DNA of 64,000 bases, from the NCBI RefSeq assembly GCF_006345805.1, contig NC_043003.1, forward strand, positions 79,298,001-79,362,000, read 5' to 3'. Below are positions 1 to 13,689 of this stretch, in pieces. Below the pieces are notes generated by a model that saw only the letters and a program-made list of their open reading frames with translations, was not told the origin of the DNA and did not search any database. The first letter of the stretch is position 1. Every line of letters begins with the position of its first letter. The DNA is from Octopus sinensis. Taxonomy: Eukaryota. The position numbers and the translations under genes were made by a program.

Positions 1-249
1 GCCAACCAGTCCAAGAGTGTAGTGGGTGCTTTTTACATGTCACTGGCACAGATGCCAGTTATGCAACATTAGCATCAGCAACGACTACAATTTCATTTGG
101 CTTGACAGGTCTTCCCAAGCACAGAATATCACCAATGGTTTCGGTCATTTGTCACTGCCACATGAAGCCCAGCGTTCAAATGATGCTTTTTACATGCCAG
201 TTGTGCGACACTGACATTAGCCACAACTAAGATTTCACTTGTGGCTGGC

Positions 250-1650
250 CAATACCAGGAGTACACTGTTGTAGCCAATTCTTCATAGCCATTTTCAATT
301 TATCTGTGTCATCAATTATCTTCAAAGACTGTCCTTCATTGGACCAAACAGGTGAAAGTCAGAGGTTGCCAGATCCAGGTAGTCTGATGTACAGCAGATG
401 GGACCCACTTAAGTAGCTTAATTTGTTGATTGTCTGCCAATGGATTTGTGTAGTAGTGCATTGCTTTAGTGAATGAGGATTGTTTTCAGATTCTTGTTTG
501 GTCTCTTCCTCCTGATGGATTCTCAAAGCTTTTTGGAGTGTCTCAAAGTACCGCTCACTGTTCACAATGCACCCACATTCAAGAAAACCAAGGAGTATGA
601 TGCTTTTGTGATCCCAAAAGAACAGCAACTATGATTTTCTGTGCCAATCAATGGCACTTGAACTTCTTGGGTCTCAGAAAAGAACCTTCATTTTTGGATA
701 AGATAGGTGCAGGAGTGGCTGTGTGGTAAGTAGCTTGCATACCAGCCAAATGGTTCCAGGTTCAGTCCCACTGCATGGCACTTTGGGCAAGTGTCTATTA
801 CTATAGCCTTGGGCCAACCAAAGCCTTGTGAGTGGATTTGGTAGATGAAAACTCAAAGAAGCCCGTCGTATATATGTATATATATGTGTGTGCATGTGTA
901 TGTTAGTGTGTCTATGTTTGTCCCCCTAGCATTGCTTGACAACCGATGCTGGTGTGTTTACGTCGCCGTCACTTAGTGGTTCAGCAAAAGCACCCGATAG
1001 AATAAGTACTGGGCTTACAAAGAATAAGTCCTGCGGTTGATTTGCTCAACTAAAGGTGGTACTCCAGCATGGCCAGTCAGATGACTGAAACAAATAAAAG
1101 AAATTATATGCTTGGATTTTGTCTCTTGTCACCTGATTTTTAAAAACAAGTCTACATTGGTACCAAATGCTTCTGGCAGATCAGAGTAGAGTTCTAACCT
1201 TCTCTACTCCAAGTTGAGTGTCAACTACTAAGGTACCACTTAGAATATACTTTCTGGTTCCCATAGTGTTCCACCATCTTCTGTAAAGCATTGTTACTAT
1301 ATTCCAGCTGTGCACCTGGCTCACAAATTGCGAATTAACTGTCTTCGTAAATCAACCCCTCCACTCATTGGCAAGTCATATCAGTAGTCACAGCTTAGAG
1401 TCTTCCATTGCATGGTTTCCCATTCTTTAAACTTCTTTATCAGTTTGTACACATAGCTCTAGTCAATGGTGTCATCTCTGTAAATGACCGGCAGCCTTCT
1501 GTAAATGTCAGACAGCCTGCAAGCCTCCTTAATGAGGAACTCAGCACATTGCTCCTGCGATGTCACTATGGAGAAAGAGCTACTCTACCAACATGCGCAA
1601 TTTGAATGATCCATGTCAGTTAATAAAAAAAGTTATGCCCACTTTAGCAA
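250..1650 (-). mobile_element. Degenerate mariner transposon interrupted by a SINE
   Basis: FWDHKSIILLGFLE...VNSERYFETLQK, PDL..DFHLFGPMK; terminal sequence 1590-1648 matches 12660-12720. Confidence 0.85.
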
Positions 1651-1899
1651 TCATCATCATCATCATTTAACGTCCGTTTTCTCATGCTGGCATGGAATGG
1701 ACAGTTTGACCAGAGCTGGCATGCAGGGGAGCTGCACCAGGTTCCAGTTTGATTTAGCTTGGTTTCTATGGCTGGGCACTCTTCCTAACACCAACCACTT
1801 TACAGAGTGGGCTAGGTACATTTTATGTGGCACCAGCACAGGTGTTTTTATGTGACGCCAGCACAGGTGCTATTATGTGGAGCTGACATGGAAGCTTTG

Positions 1900-2640
1900 G
1901 ACATATCTTTTGTAGTATTGCATATTGCTTAAAGATGCAACATCTCTGTGAGCTATACCCTCTTCCACAGGTTCCACTAATTCAGGGTGTTTGACCATTT
2001 TGCACAAGGTAGTCATTCTCCATATGCATCACATGCTCATACTAACACAGCCTTCTTTCTTGCACACTACACCCAATTTCTCTTTTATTCAGTTTTCTCT
2101 GAGCTCATTTTTACTGACATTCATGCATTCAAGTCTTTGCAAGTCTTCGGCATCCAAAGTCTGTGTCTTCCAACCCAATAGTATCAAAATTCTAGCACAA
2201 GCATTACAGAACCTGTCCATCATTCAAGGAGAAAAATACCTTTTTGCTAGCAGCTGTCACAGCTCCCTGAACCTTCTCCAAGCTGTTCTTACCCTGGCTA
2301 CTTTCAGAGCAACCACATCCCCTACTAATTATGTCTCCAAGGTAACAAAGGCTACCAACAACTTCTAATGAGCTATCGAGGCATTTAAAAGAATCTATTT
2401 CCAGTGTGCTCACAGTATGTATTGCTCCACTGTATCTATCACATATGAATCTTAATTTCTCTGATAGTCAGCCTGTGATTCCACTACACCTCTCATGTGT
2501 CCATAGCTTACATTGGACACAGCATTTGGAGTTCATACCTACACCTCTTCCTCGTACCAAGAACAGCCATTTGCCCGAAGCTATCAAAGTCCTGTCTTAT
2601 TTTCCAGCTTATTAACATCATAATTTGTGCTAAATCTACT
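1900..2640 (-). mobile_element. RTE LINE ORF2 3' fragment, followed by its 3' UTR (about 1650-1900)
   Basis: LEVVGSLCYLGDIISRGCGCSES similar to the 43.2-43.4 kb RTE. Confidence 0.8.
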
Positions 2641-5600
2641 GAGACCTTTCAATTTTAAATTTACTTTCCACGATTGGAGTTGTGTGTGTGTGTGTGTGTA
2701 TAAGAAGAGAGGTAACAGTGACTATATATATATATATATATATAATAATATCAGGGACTTATATTATATTTAACTTTTTTATACTTTTTGGTTAGTATAA
2801 AAAAAAAATTATAGTTTATAAATTTAATAATTAAAAAATTTTTAAATTAAAAAAAATAATTTGTAAATATAAACTTAAAAATTTGAAATTTCAATAATTT
2901 AAATTGTAAATTTTATATTTTATATATATATATTGTATATTATATTACATTTTTTTAATATATTTTGGTTTATGTCTATCACTGTTTGAGTTGCCTAATA
3001 GTAGTTTTATCTCTAATTTAATTTATATATATACATACACAAGAAGAGAGTTATGCTAAATTGCTTTTATCATAAATGACATGGAAACATTAATTAATAC
3101 ACACACACACACAGACACATTTAGAAGGTGGCCAAGTATTAAATCCTAAGAGCCTGCTTCACAAAAACAAACACGAATGTCAAATCATTTATTCATGAAT
3201 TAAGGTGGTTAAGCTTTATAAAATAATCATGCTTATACAATAACAAAAGTCGACACACCCTCCAGCAGTTCAGTTTGTTATATATTTTTGCTATTTATAT
3301 AAAATAAATACATACATATATGTTATTTATAAAACATATACATTATAACAAACATGTTATTATTGTTGTTTTATTTTATTTTATTTTATTTTAAGTCTGC
3401 TCACAATTGGCACACCTACAATTAAAGGCATTTCAGCTATGACCATCCAGTCTTATTACTGCAACATTAAATGAGATTTGGCTGCTATTTCCAGTAGATT
3501 GATCAACCGTATGGAGAGGTTCTTTGGGTTGTTTTTCTACACAATCAACTGCTTACTGAACATGCAGGTGTCAGTTTATCTTTTTTTCTTTTACTATTTA
3601 ATCAAGAATAAAAATATGGCACCAAATTACCATTTTTCTTCAAAGCCTTACAAGATAGGGGTGTGGGGGTGGAAAGGAAGGAGGATAGTTATGTTCAAAA
3701 CGGAGACCACACAGGTATGGTTGCATGGTAAGAGGTTTGTTTCCCAGCCATGTGGTTCCAGGTTCAGTCATACTGCATGGCACTATGAGCAAGTGTCTTC
3801 TGCTATAGCCTTGGGCCAACCAAATCAATACCTTGCGAGTGGATTTGATAAACGGGAACTGGAAGAAACCCATCATGTGTCTGTGTGTGTGTCTCCTTGT
3901 CTTGACACTGTGTCATAATTGTAAATGATTCTCACTGTCAATCATGCAGAGTCATTCATTTAACGTTTTTAGCAAGAACATGTTTGGCTAGAGGGCAGAT
4001 ATTATCTTACTTGGAAGCAGATAAGGGTTGGTGACAGGGAGGGCATCCAGCTATAGAAAATGTGCCTCAGTAAACTTCTGTCCAATCCATGCAAGCATGG
4101 TAAAGTGGATATTGAAATGATGATGATGATGATAATGTAGCTGAATGCTTAAAAGAGTTGGGTGCACCAAAGGCAACCAAGTACCAGGTGGTGCCACTGT
4201 TAAACTGGGAGATAGATTATGTCTACCACCCAAGAATTAAGAACACAAACAAATGGAACAAATACCACAAGGTATATCACCTAATGAGCAAACAACTCCA
4301 GTCATCCACTGCTTCGGATTGTTAATTTATTTTGTTGACCCTGAAGGGACAAAAAGTCAAAGATGATTGTGGCATGATCTGAACTCAAAGTGCAGCGAAC
4401 TGGAGCAAATATGCAAATTAATGTCTTATGTTGTTACCCTACCAATTTGCTGCCTTTGATTCCATATTCTTCAAATTTGCCACGCCTCCATGAATCATCT
4501 TTTACTTGTTTCAGTCATTAGACTGTGGCCATTATGGGGCACCACCCAGAAGAATTTTTAGTTGAATGAACTGACCCTAATATTTAATTTTTTGGCTAAG
4601 CATGGTACTTATTCTATTGGTGTCTTTTGCTGAACTGCTAAGTTATGTGGGACATAAACACACCAATACCAGTTGTCAAGCAGTGATGGGGGATAAACAC
4701 AGACACATACATAGACATATACATATATACAATGGTCTTCTTTTAGTTTCCTTTTACCAAATCCACTCACAAAGCTTTGGTTGGCCTGAGGCTAAAGTAG
4801 AAGACATTGCTCAAGGTGCTACACAGTGGGACTGAACCCAGAATGGTAAATGATGAAAATTGCTGATCTAAGTAGGAATCACTTGATTTACTACAATGAA
4901 CAGGCAAATTTCATTCAAATTATACTCTACCATCTTAATCCTTTTGTTACCATATTTCTGTTGTAATACGGAGCTTATTACACATGAATTTATTAAAATA
5001 ATTTTGTCGTTATGAAGATGGTGCTTGGAACAAAAATTAGTGTGAAATTTTGATGGAAGGTTCATAACAGGGAGATTGTATCTTAGAACCAGGGACATTT
5101 TCAGGTGGGTTGACATCAAAAGGGTTAAACAAGGAATGACACGGTGTATAATGTAGTTCAAGAAACAGTAAAAGATAGGATGGCCATGGTTGCAATACTT
5201 TTGATTGTGAAGCTGATTGGTTCAGGATTACACCAGAGATTAATGACAATTCTCATAATTCTCCCTCACCATACACACATAGCATCAATCATGCGAAATA
5301 TGTCACAGCGTCAACATCCCATAGCTTGTCAAAAATATACGGGCTTTCTTTTTGTCTTTTACTCATTTGAAAGGGCTGTACTTATGACCCTTTTCATGGC
5401 TTCTAAGATTGGTGGAAGAGGGAGAGAGGAAGGAGGGAATCCTTGAAACAGAGACCTAGCCTGGATGCAAGCATTTAAGAGTGAACACTACTAAAAGGCG
5501 ACCAAGGACCAGGTAGTGGTGTTAAACCTACCTCCAAGCAGGACACTGGTAGAGTTTGAACTATGAACACATACTGGAATAAATATCACAAGGCATTCCA

Positions 5601-7313
5601 CCTGGTGCTCCAACAATTCCACCAGTCAACCTGTCTAGAATGGTACTACTACTATTTATGATCCCCCAGAAGTATGCAAGAAAGCTGACCTTAGCTAAAT
5701 TGAGGTAATGCTTCAATGTTATTACTTTTAAACAGACTTTTACTTTCAATTGGTAGAAGCATGACTGTGTAATTAAGAAATTCAATTTGCGACTATATGG
5801 TTTTGACTTTAGTTCCACTGTGCCCTTGGGAAAATGTTGTGGTTGAAACCCTGTACAAAACTTTTGTGTGTGTGTATTTTGTATTGTGTGTATGTGTGTC
5901 TATACATGTTTGTGTATATACATATGTATGTATATGTGTGTATACATGTCTGTGTATATATATATGTGTGCGTGTGTGTGTATGAATGTTTCCAAATTGC
6001 ATCTGTGTGTAAACCACTGACTTACAGAAAGTGCATTCTGTTATCATTTCTCTATCAACAAACAGACTGGTAGCCCTGTGCTTTTGAAAACAAACGGAAT
6101 GAACAGCCTAGTTAAAAGAGACAGTCAGGGTTAGCCCACAGGAAGGGCAGCCAACTATAAAGCAACACCCATGAAATGAATGAAGAATCCTGTCTGGTTA
6201 TAAAGGGTGAGGCATAATTTGCCAACAGTAAACCGGTATCTTTCACTGAACTGGTTACAGCACCCCTAGATCTGGAGCACTTTAACCATCCAAGAAGAAT
6301 TCAATGCAGACAATAGCTCAGAATGTGGTAACAGAGGTACTCAGAAGTAATGACTTGGATGTGGCTGGCTCCTAGGTAGCGGAAGAAGTTAAGGTCTGAA
6401 ATACCAGCATAAGGGATGGGGAGGCTCCTCTAAAGACTTTCGGCTGTTCAGCTCTCTTGCTACTAAATCTGGAGTTGAAAATGCAAGTCAATGAATGGCA
6501 GAATTGGTAGAGCATCAAATGAAACAACACTTGGGATCTAGTTACATCCCTTTAAGTCTTAAATTCAAATTCTATTGAGGTTGGCTTTGTCTTTGATTTT
6601 AGTGAGTCTGATAAAAAGTTTTTGGAGGCAATGACAAGTGACCGAGACCTTTGGCAATTTTTTGTGCTTGAGAAGACACATCAAGCTAAGTGAAATTGTA
6701 GTCATGGCCTGTACTGGTGACACATAAGAGACACACAGTACACTCTGAGGAGTGGTTGGTGTTAGGAAAGGCATCCAGCCATAGAAACCAAGCCAAAACA
6801 GACTGTAGTTTGGTACAGCTCTCCAGCTTACCAGCCCCAGTCAAAATGCCTTACTCATGCCAGAATGGAAAACAGATGCTAACCGATGAATGATGATGGC
6901 TGAAGAGACCCACCAAGTTCAGAAAGTTAACTGTTATTAAACTATGGACAGGATTTCTGCAAGCCCATTATTTTGGTGTGCTTTTCTTCCTTTTTTTTTC
7001 ATACACACACCTGACAAGAAACAAATTGTACAGATATTTCATAGTAGAGTGGTTAGCAGTGTGTAAACAAGATCAACCACAATGTCCACCCAATGATATA
7101 TAATATACAACAGATATAAAACAGTAATATGCATGCCCATTTTATATATAGAATGTGCTTGGGCTAAATTTGATGGGCTTTTTGAGGAACAGCTTTATGT
7201 ACCAGTGAACAGTCAAAGGCATTGGAGAGCATAAAGATTAAAGTTGTAGTTGATAAAAAAAAGTTAGCTAACATGGAGGATTGGAAGCCATCTGAATACT
7301 GGAAAAGTGTTAC

Positions 7314-7392
7314 CTGTATCATGATAATTTGTGTTGGGTATCTAAATGCCACATCATAAATACTGTTCAAAGCTCTGTGAGTAATGTAAAAG
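7314..7392 (-). CDS. Alternative candidate exon 5 of gene A (C-FYITHRALNSIYDVAFRYPTQIIMIQ), possibly joined to 7010-6999 (VCV*)
   Basis: tcttacag| acceptor and CAG|gtaaca donor; open only in the phase-2 frame; strong acceptor tttgtttcttgtcag| at 7011. No recognisable homology. Confidence 0.25.
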
Positions 7393-7409
7393 CTGTAAGA
7401 CATGACATG

Positions 7410-7790
7410 GACATCATGAAAAAAAGTTTCCGCAAACTATGATGGTCTTTGGGTGTTTTCAGTAAGGGTGAAATCATGCCGCTCCACATCCTCAAACAGA
7501 GCCTTAGGCTCGATCTAGATGACTATGTTAAGCTAGTGGGGACTGTGGTCAACCACTGGTTGGAAAGGGTTGCTAATGAAGGCTATACATGTGGCAGCAG
7601 AATCTGGCTCCTTGCTATACCTTTACAAAGAGTTATAAGTCATTATCAGAGACTTTCTACAGCTCTACCAGCCCCAATTTCTGACCTCTTAAGTTGCCTG
7701 ATTGTAATCCCAAAGATTACTATGTGTGGGGTGCAGTTAAGAAAGACACTCTTTCTTAACTGCAACACCAAGATAACAGTATCGAGTAAG
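7410..7790 (+). mobile_element. Tc1/mariner (DD37D/maT-like) transposase fragment
   Basis: KFPQTMMVFG, YVKL..TVV..WLERVA, WQQ.L.P.., PDCNP.DYYVWGAV across frameshifts. Confidence 0.75.
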
Positions 7791-9049
7791 GTGGTGAGCT
7801 GGCAAAAGCATCAGCATGCTAGCCAAAAAAGCTTACTGGCATTTCATCCAACTTTGCACTCTGAGTTCAAATTCTGCCGAGGTTGACTATACCTTCCATC
7901 CTTTCAGGGTTGATAAACAAGTACAAATGTAATTGACTCACCAGCATCCCCACGAAATTGCTGGCCTTGTGCCAAAATTTGAAACCAATTTAACAGTATC
8001 AAGTATACCATCTCTCTCCTCTAACAAACAATATATGAGCTGTACATCTATGTTGACAATGACTGTCCACAGGTATAGTCATATTAATGGAGGAGTGCTC
8101 TCTCCTCCATAGGACTCTGCCTTAAGCCACTGTGATCTGTGAGGATTAACATGCAATCTACTCAAATTGTATTTAACTCCAGCCTGATGTCCTGCACAAC
8201 TAGCCAGCTATGAAAATATAGTATTCAAGTGAACTAATTTTTTTCTCCAATCTTTGGACATGCCCGACTACTGGAAGTTTTTGCTCTATCAATATCTATT
8301 CCATGCTAGGTAGCTTGGTTTTCAGCTTGTCTTTCCAAGTAACCGTTATGATCTATATCGTGTAGCTAGGCATAAACACATGCAGTCTTATTACTTATTT
8401 GCAGTATAATGTCCAGGTCTTTAATCTACACAGCAGGGTGAGGGTAAAATACTATTGCTGGTCATGTGTTGCTACCATTTCATATTTGGGGCCATTCATA
8501 GCATCCTTGTGTAGCAGTCATCTGATGTCAAGTCAATCAACTACAATTCTCTATCATACATTGCTGCAGCTGTGCCATGCAAATCCATAGTGATACTGCA
8601 AGACAATGGCAGAGCAGTGGGCAAAATACTTTTTGGCATCTCTTTTATCTTTTACTTGTTTCAGTCACTAGACTATGCCCATGCTGGAGCACCATCTAGA
8701 ACATTTAGGTGAATGAATTGACCCCAGAATTTTCTTTTTTTTTTTGAGCCTGGTTCTTATTCTATCAGTCACTTTTTGCTGAACCACTTGGTTACGGCGA
8801 TGTAAAAACACCAACACCTGTTGTCAAATAGTAGTGGGGGTCAAACAGAGACACAAAGACACACACACATACAGGCTTCTTTCAGTTTCCATTCATGAAA
8901 TCCATTCACAAGGCTTTGGTTGGCCCAAGGCTATAGTATTCAGTGCCATTGCAAGCCCAGGTGCCACACAATGACACTGAACCTTGAACCATATGGTTAA
9001 GAAGCAAAGCCACACCTGTGCCCATTATGAATTCTTTAGATTCTTTTTA

Positions 9050-9340
9050 TGTGCTAAGTCAAGAAGGAACAGGGCTCAGGACCTCTGGAGGCCTTCTGAG
9101 ACCAAAGAGCTTGATGCCTTAAATTTTCTGTTTAAACTATTGCAGACGAACAACTGCAGAGAAGACAGCAGGGAGAATAATACAAAAGGCTAATGTTCTA
9201 GGAAAGGAAGACTGAGAATAGTGGTTATTATGAAGCTGATGGAAGGCTTGAATGCAATAAGAGTAATGACAGTTGGGGAGACAAATAGACTGCAAATGTC
9301 CCAGTGGAGGTGTCAGGTTCTCAGGAGGTCCTGCCACTAA
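9050..9340 (-). mobile_element. CR1/L2-like LINE 3' end remnant
   Basis: HYSQSSFPRT...ILPAVF...LQ resembles the CR1/L2 terminal SFFPRT..WNSLP motif. Confidence 0.5.
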
Positions 9341-9382
9341 AAGACTTGTCAGAATACTGTAATTCCTTTTTTAACTAATCAT

Positions 9383-10150
9383 CATCATTTAACGTCTGCT
9401 TTCCATGCTGACATGGGTTGGGTGGCTTGACATGAACAGTCAAGGCCGGGGCCACATGGTCTGTTTTGGTTTGGTTTCTATGGCTGGATGATCTTCTTAA
9501 TGCCAACAACTTTACAGAGTATACTGAGTGCTTTTTATGTGGCACCAGCACCTGTGCTTTTTATGTCGTACCAGCACCTGTGCTTTTTATGTGGTACCAG
9601 CAGCAATGCATTTTACATAGCACCAGCAACAATGCTTTTTTACCTGGTACCAGCACCTGTGGTTTTTATGTGGTGCCAGCAACAATGCTTTTTATCTGGT
9701 ACCAGCACCTGTGGTTTTTATGTGGTACCAGCAAGAATGCTTTTTATGTGGTACCAGCACCTGTGCTTTTTACATGGTACCAGCAACAATGCTTTTTACA
9801 TGATACCAGCTCCCGTGCTTTTTATGTGACACCGGTACCTGTGCCTTTTACGTGGCACCAGTGCCTGTGCTTTTTACATGGCACCAGCACCAGCACTTTT
9901 TACGTGGTACCAGCAACAATGCTTTTTATATGGTACCAGTAACAATGATTTTTACATAGCACCATCACCAGCACTTTTTATAGGTGATACCAACAGCAAT
10001 GCTTCTTACATAGAACCAGCATCAGTGCTTTTCACAGGGCTCTATCTGCAGTGATTTTTACATGGCACCGGCACTTCTGCTTTTTATGTGGCACCAGCAC
10101 CTCTGCTTTTTACATGGCACCAGCACCAGTGCTTTTATGTAGCACCTTGG
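9383..10150 (-). repeat. RTE 3' UTR with ~21-bp minisatellite (GCTTTTTATGTGGTACCAGCA...) expanded over ~600 bp
   Basis: Starts CATCATCATTTAACGTC (tail reverse complement); tandem units from 9527 to 10145. Confidence 0.85.
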
Positions 10151-10243
10151 TTTTAGGATCTCAATCCATAAAAATAATTTTTAAAAACTTTAATTTTTCC
10201 TCTGGTTAGGATACTTCTATATCACAGGTGACACTACTAGATT

Positions 10244-10443
10244 TTAACCCTTTAGCATTAAAATTACTCCGTCGAATGTAGTTCTTATTCATTCATATTA
10301 ATCAGGCATTATCTTGTCGATGTGAGGTTTTGATAGAATGACATTGTAGGAATAGATATGAGAAGCTAGATCTGGCCAGGTTGAACATTAAACAGGTAGA
10401 ATATTTGAGCCTGGTAAGGCCAGCTTAAATGCTAAAGAGTTAA
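10244..10443. mobile_element. Non-autonomous piggyBac-type MITE
   Basis: TTAA|CCCTTTAGCATT ... AAATGCTAAAGAG|TTAA: TTAA target duplication and CCC..G(A)G termini. Confidence 0.8.
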
Positions 10444-10559
10444 GCCAGCTGACATCTAGGTGAACTGAGGTGAGTGTAAAGTAACATAAAATATTCTTCA
10501 CAGAAACATCAAAATACTAAGTGGATTTGAACTCAAATCCATGAGCATGTGGTGTGAAA

Positions 10560-10992
10560 TAGTTCAGAGAATGATGGATTTATTCTTTTTACCTTTTTTT
10601 TTTTTATCAGTTAGAGCAATAACATGGCACACAACACAAAAGTTAAAGTAGTCTGTCCATAAAAATACAACATATTTTCAGGACTTCTAATCTAATTAGA
10701 AATTCAACAGTTAAGTCTATAATTAACAGTTGATATGGATGTACATGAAGTGAGACGAATATTAACAACAACAACAACATCAACAACAAATGAAGGTGTC
10801 TAGCCTAATTCAAAAGCACAAACAAAATAGAGCACAATACAACACAGCAAGTACATCAAAGAAAATCAGGCAAAAAAAAAAAAAAAAAATCAAATATTGC
10901 TGTCTGGTACAATTCTGTAGCATATGAACATGAATTTTTTAAAACACACTTTTCAGATGTTTAGGTAGGGCTTGAAAACAAAAATGAATATT
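10560..10992 (-). other. Candidate terminal exon/3'UTR of gene A (TG|A would complete a split stop codon)
   Basis: Acceptor ttctatttttgaatttag|A at 10992; non-repetitive U-rich sense sequence; AATAAA at 10584-10579 on the minus strand. Confidence 0.35.
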
Positions 10993-11374
10993 CTAAATTC
11001 AAAAATAGAAAACTGACAAAAAACAAAACAAAACAAAACAAAAAAGGAAAATATATTAATGTATTTTTCAATTTAGTTTTTTTTTTTTTTTAAATTGTTT
11101 TTTTCTTTATGGCCAAAACAGTGGAGAAAAGACAGCACTTTAACATCACCACATGGTGGTGTTAGTCTAAGCAATAGATTACACCTACTACTCAAAAACA
11201 GAAACAGTTCCTTTAACAGGCTTCCACACAGCTTCAGTCTATCAAATTTCACTCATATGTTTAGTTTAATATGAGGTTATGGTTGAAGACATATGTCCAT
11301 GATGTCATATAGTGAAAATGAACCTGAAACCAAACAGCTAGTCCTGCACCTAATTACTTCCTTCAGATAAAAGC

Positions 11375-12720
11375 TGTACCAAAAAGTAATGCAAAAATGA
11401 GCATAAATATTTTATTAACCGCCACATGTTGTTCCAATTGCACATGTTGGTAGTGTAGCTCAAGAACTATAGTAACTCTTCTTATTTTACATTGAATAGT
11501 AGAAGCAAAACATGTCATTGAGTTCTTGACAAAGGTAGGGTGCAAGCTGTCAAACAGCCACAGATGACTAAAGGTTGTTTATGGAGATAATGCTACTGAC
11601 AAGAACAATGGGCATGAATGGATGAGGAAGTTTAATCCTTTAGCATTCAGATTTCTTTGTCAAATGCAATGCTTATTTATTTATGTTGCTTTGAATTGAC
11701 CGTGCATTATTTTGTAGTGTTGAGATTTCAATTATGGAATTGTTTACTTTTAGAATAGCATTGTAATGTAGGCGTGAGAGACTGTATTTGACCAGTTTGA
11801 ACATAAAACAAACAGAATATTTTGGCTGGATATGGCCGGTTTAAATGCTAAAGTGTCAAAGAAGGGAAAACTGGCATTGAAGAAAAACCACACAGTGGGA
11901 GAACTGCAACCATTGATGCAAATCACCAGTGAGTAGACAAAATGATTTCTGCAGACACAAATGTCACAAAATGAAGCTTGCTGCACAATCAAAATGCATT
12001 ATAAAAGATGGTGCAAAATTCTGGGTGACGAAGAGTTCGTGCAAATTTAGTAGTTGATACCTTGGCACTTGATATTCAGTTTAAAGGAGAGAAAAGTGGA
12101 TGTCTGCTTTGATTTGCTGGGAGCATTTGAAGTTAATAAAGACAGGTGTTTTTTTTTCCTGATATAGTAATGGGGGATGAAATGTGATTGTATCTTTATG
12201 AGCTGGAAATGAAGGCTCAATCCTTGGAATGGCACTGCACCCCTTACCTAGGTATAAGACACCAGCGGTTAGCACAGCAAGTCATGGTGAGGACAACATT
12301 CTCCTTGATTTTTCTGGAACATGATGGACTTCAGTGTGTGATATGTAGAGGTACTCAAAAAAATTTGAGAAGTCATAAAGAGGAATAAACTAATCTGAAA
12401 ATGATCCATATCTTTGGCAACAAATCAGGAAATTGGTAGATGGGGCTGGCTGATTGTCATTTAACTATTATGGGGCTCAGATCAGGTGCTCTCTGATTTG
12501 GTCCAATGACATAGTATTAAGGGACAACAATTTGATGATGCAGATGGAATTGAAGTGGCTGTGAAGAAGTAGGCACAACAGTGCACACCTGAGCTTTTTC
12601 AAAGAAGATGCAATGATAAAGGTGTCAAGTAGCACCTTCATCCAAAGTTAGAGATACTCTACAAACATGTGCAATTTGAATGACCCAAGTTAATCAAAAA
12701 GTTATGTCCACTTTTGTATT
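11375..12720 (+). mobile_element. Degenerate mariner transposon of the same family with a nested piggyBac MITE
   Basis: VIEFLTK.GCK...VYGD...EWMRKF|KEGKTGIEEKPHSGR, IVMGDE..LYLYELEMKAQSLEWH; inverted subterminal repeats at 11390-11465 and 12650-12720. Confidence 0.85.
11632..11859. mobile_element. piggyBac-type MITE inserted in the mariner ORF
   Basis: TTAA|TCCTTTAGCATT ... AAATGCTAAAGTG|TCAA; splits mariner codons K-F|K-E. Confidence 0.75.
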
Positions 12721-13030
12721 AGTTTTAGTAGAAGTCTCGTAATTCACAGAAAAAAATAATTTACTGAAATTAGATACAAGAATATATAACTATCTTCATC
12801 AATATTTTACATTCACATTTCCATGTTGGCATAGGCTGGATGTATCGTCATAGACTGAGTTAGTTCCTATTTAGAACAACTGACCTCTTACATGGATCAA
12901 AAGACCACACATCCATACATTACATTTCTGGCATGCTTTCTACAGCTGGATGCCCTATCACCACTTTACTTAGTGTACTAAGCACTTAAGAGGTTGTTGT
13001 ATCCTCAAATAAGTCTAAAGAATTCTTTCT

Positions 13031-13075
13031 ACCCTACATTATCTCTGATCAATTGTTCACCAGCATCATAAGGGT
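13031..13075 (-). ncRNA. Decayed hammerhead-like motif at the end of a pyrimidine-rich Penelope-like 3' region (about 13000-13690)
   Basis: ACCC-TTATGA-T-GCTGGT(gaacaattg)ATCAG-A-GATA-ATGTA-GGGT: stems I and II are present but core positions are mutated. Confidence 0.35.
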
Positions 13076-13689
13076 TGTCTTGTCCACTGCAGATAGAATA
13101 CTGATGAAAGGGAACCAGTGTGAGGGACTGATAAAAGAGAGGGAGTAATGAAAGAGAACAAGTCTGACCACACTTTACAAGAAGTACTTCAAATAGAATT
13201 CCTACCTTTATATGTATATTTTTATCTTTCAAGTTGAAAATGTCAAGCGAGAGGTTAATACAGAAAAGAATAAAGGAAGAGAGTGACAGGCAGCTACACA
13301 ATAATTATTGGTAAGAAGGTTGGATAATAGCTATATGAGTGACATAATGTGGAGAGAGTGATAGGAATGAGACAAGGTGATAAAAGAGTTCTGGAAGTGA
13401 AAGTGTGGTGGGAGAATACGAGGGAGCAATGAATGTCAACAATGAGAGAGAGAGAGAGAACGAATGAAAGATCTACAGCTAACAAAAAGAAGACTGAATA
13501 CAGCTAGAGTCGATACAATATTAAACCTTGTTACAGTGGTGGTGTAATGTGGGAGAGATAGTGTGATAGAGGGAGGACATTAATAAGAGAAGAGAGTACC
13601 AAAGAGTAGGAGAGCAGTATATAAAGACTTTAATATCAATATAAGGACCAGGAGAGACCTAAATGTAGACATCATTCCCAATCTCCATT

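Noticed and set aside
2745-2975. Extremely AT-rich homopolymer tract
   Set aside because: Low-complexity decayed (TA)n or poor consensus quality; no structure discerned.
5561-5818. 85-aa ORF containing FLAYFWGII as a possible TM exon of gene A
   Set aside because: The in-phase acceptor lacks a pyrimidine tract, and the hydrophobic run is too short for a TM helix.
9466-9942. Repetitive 158-aa ORF and CRISPR-like periodicity
   Set aside because: Tandem ~21-bp units without unique spacers, inside an RTE 3' UTR; eukaryotic context and no cas genes.
11363-11545. 60-aa ORF with hydrophobic C-terminus
   Set aside because: It is the antisense of the mariner terminal region and transposase start.
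13101-13140. CTGATGA on the plus strand (also at 27564)
   Set aside because: No downstream stem II/GAAA geometry; chance matches.
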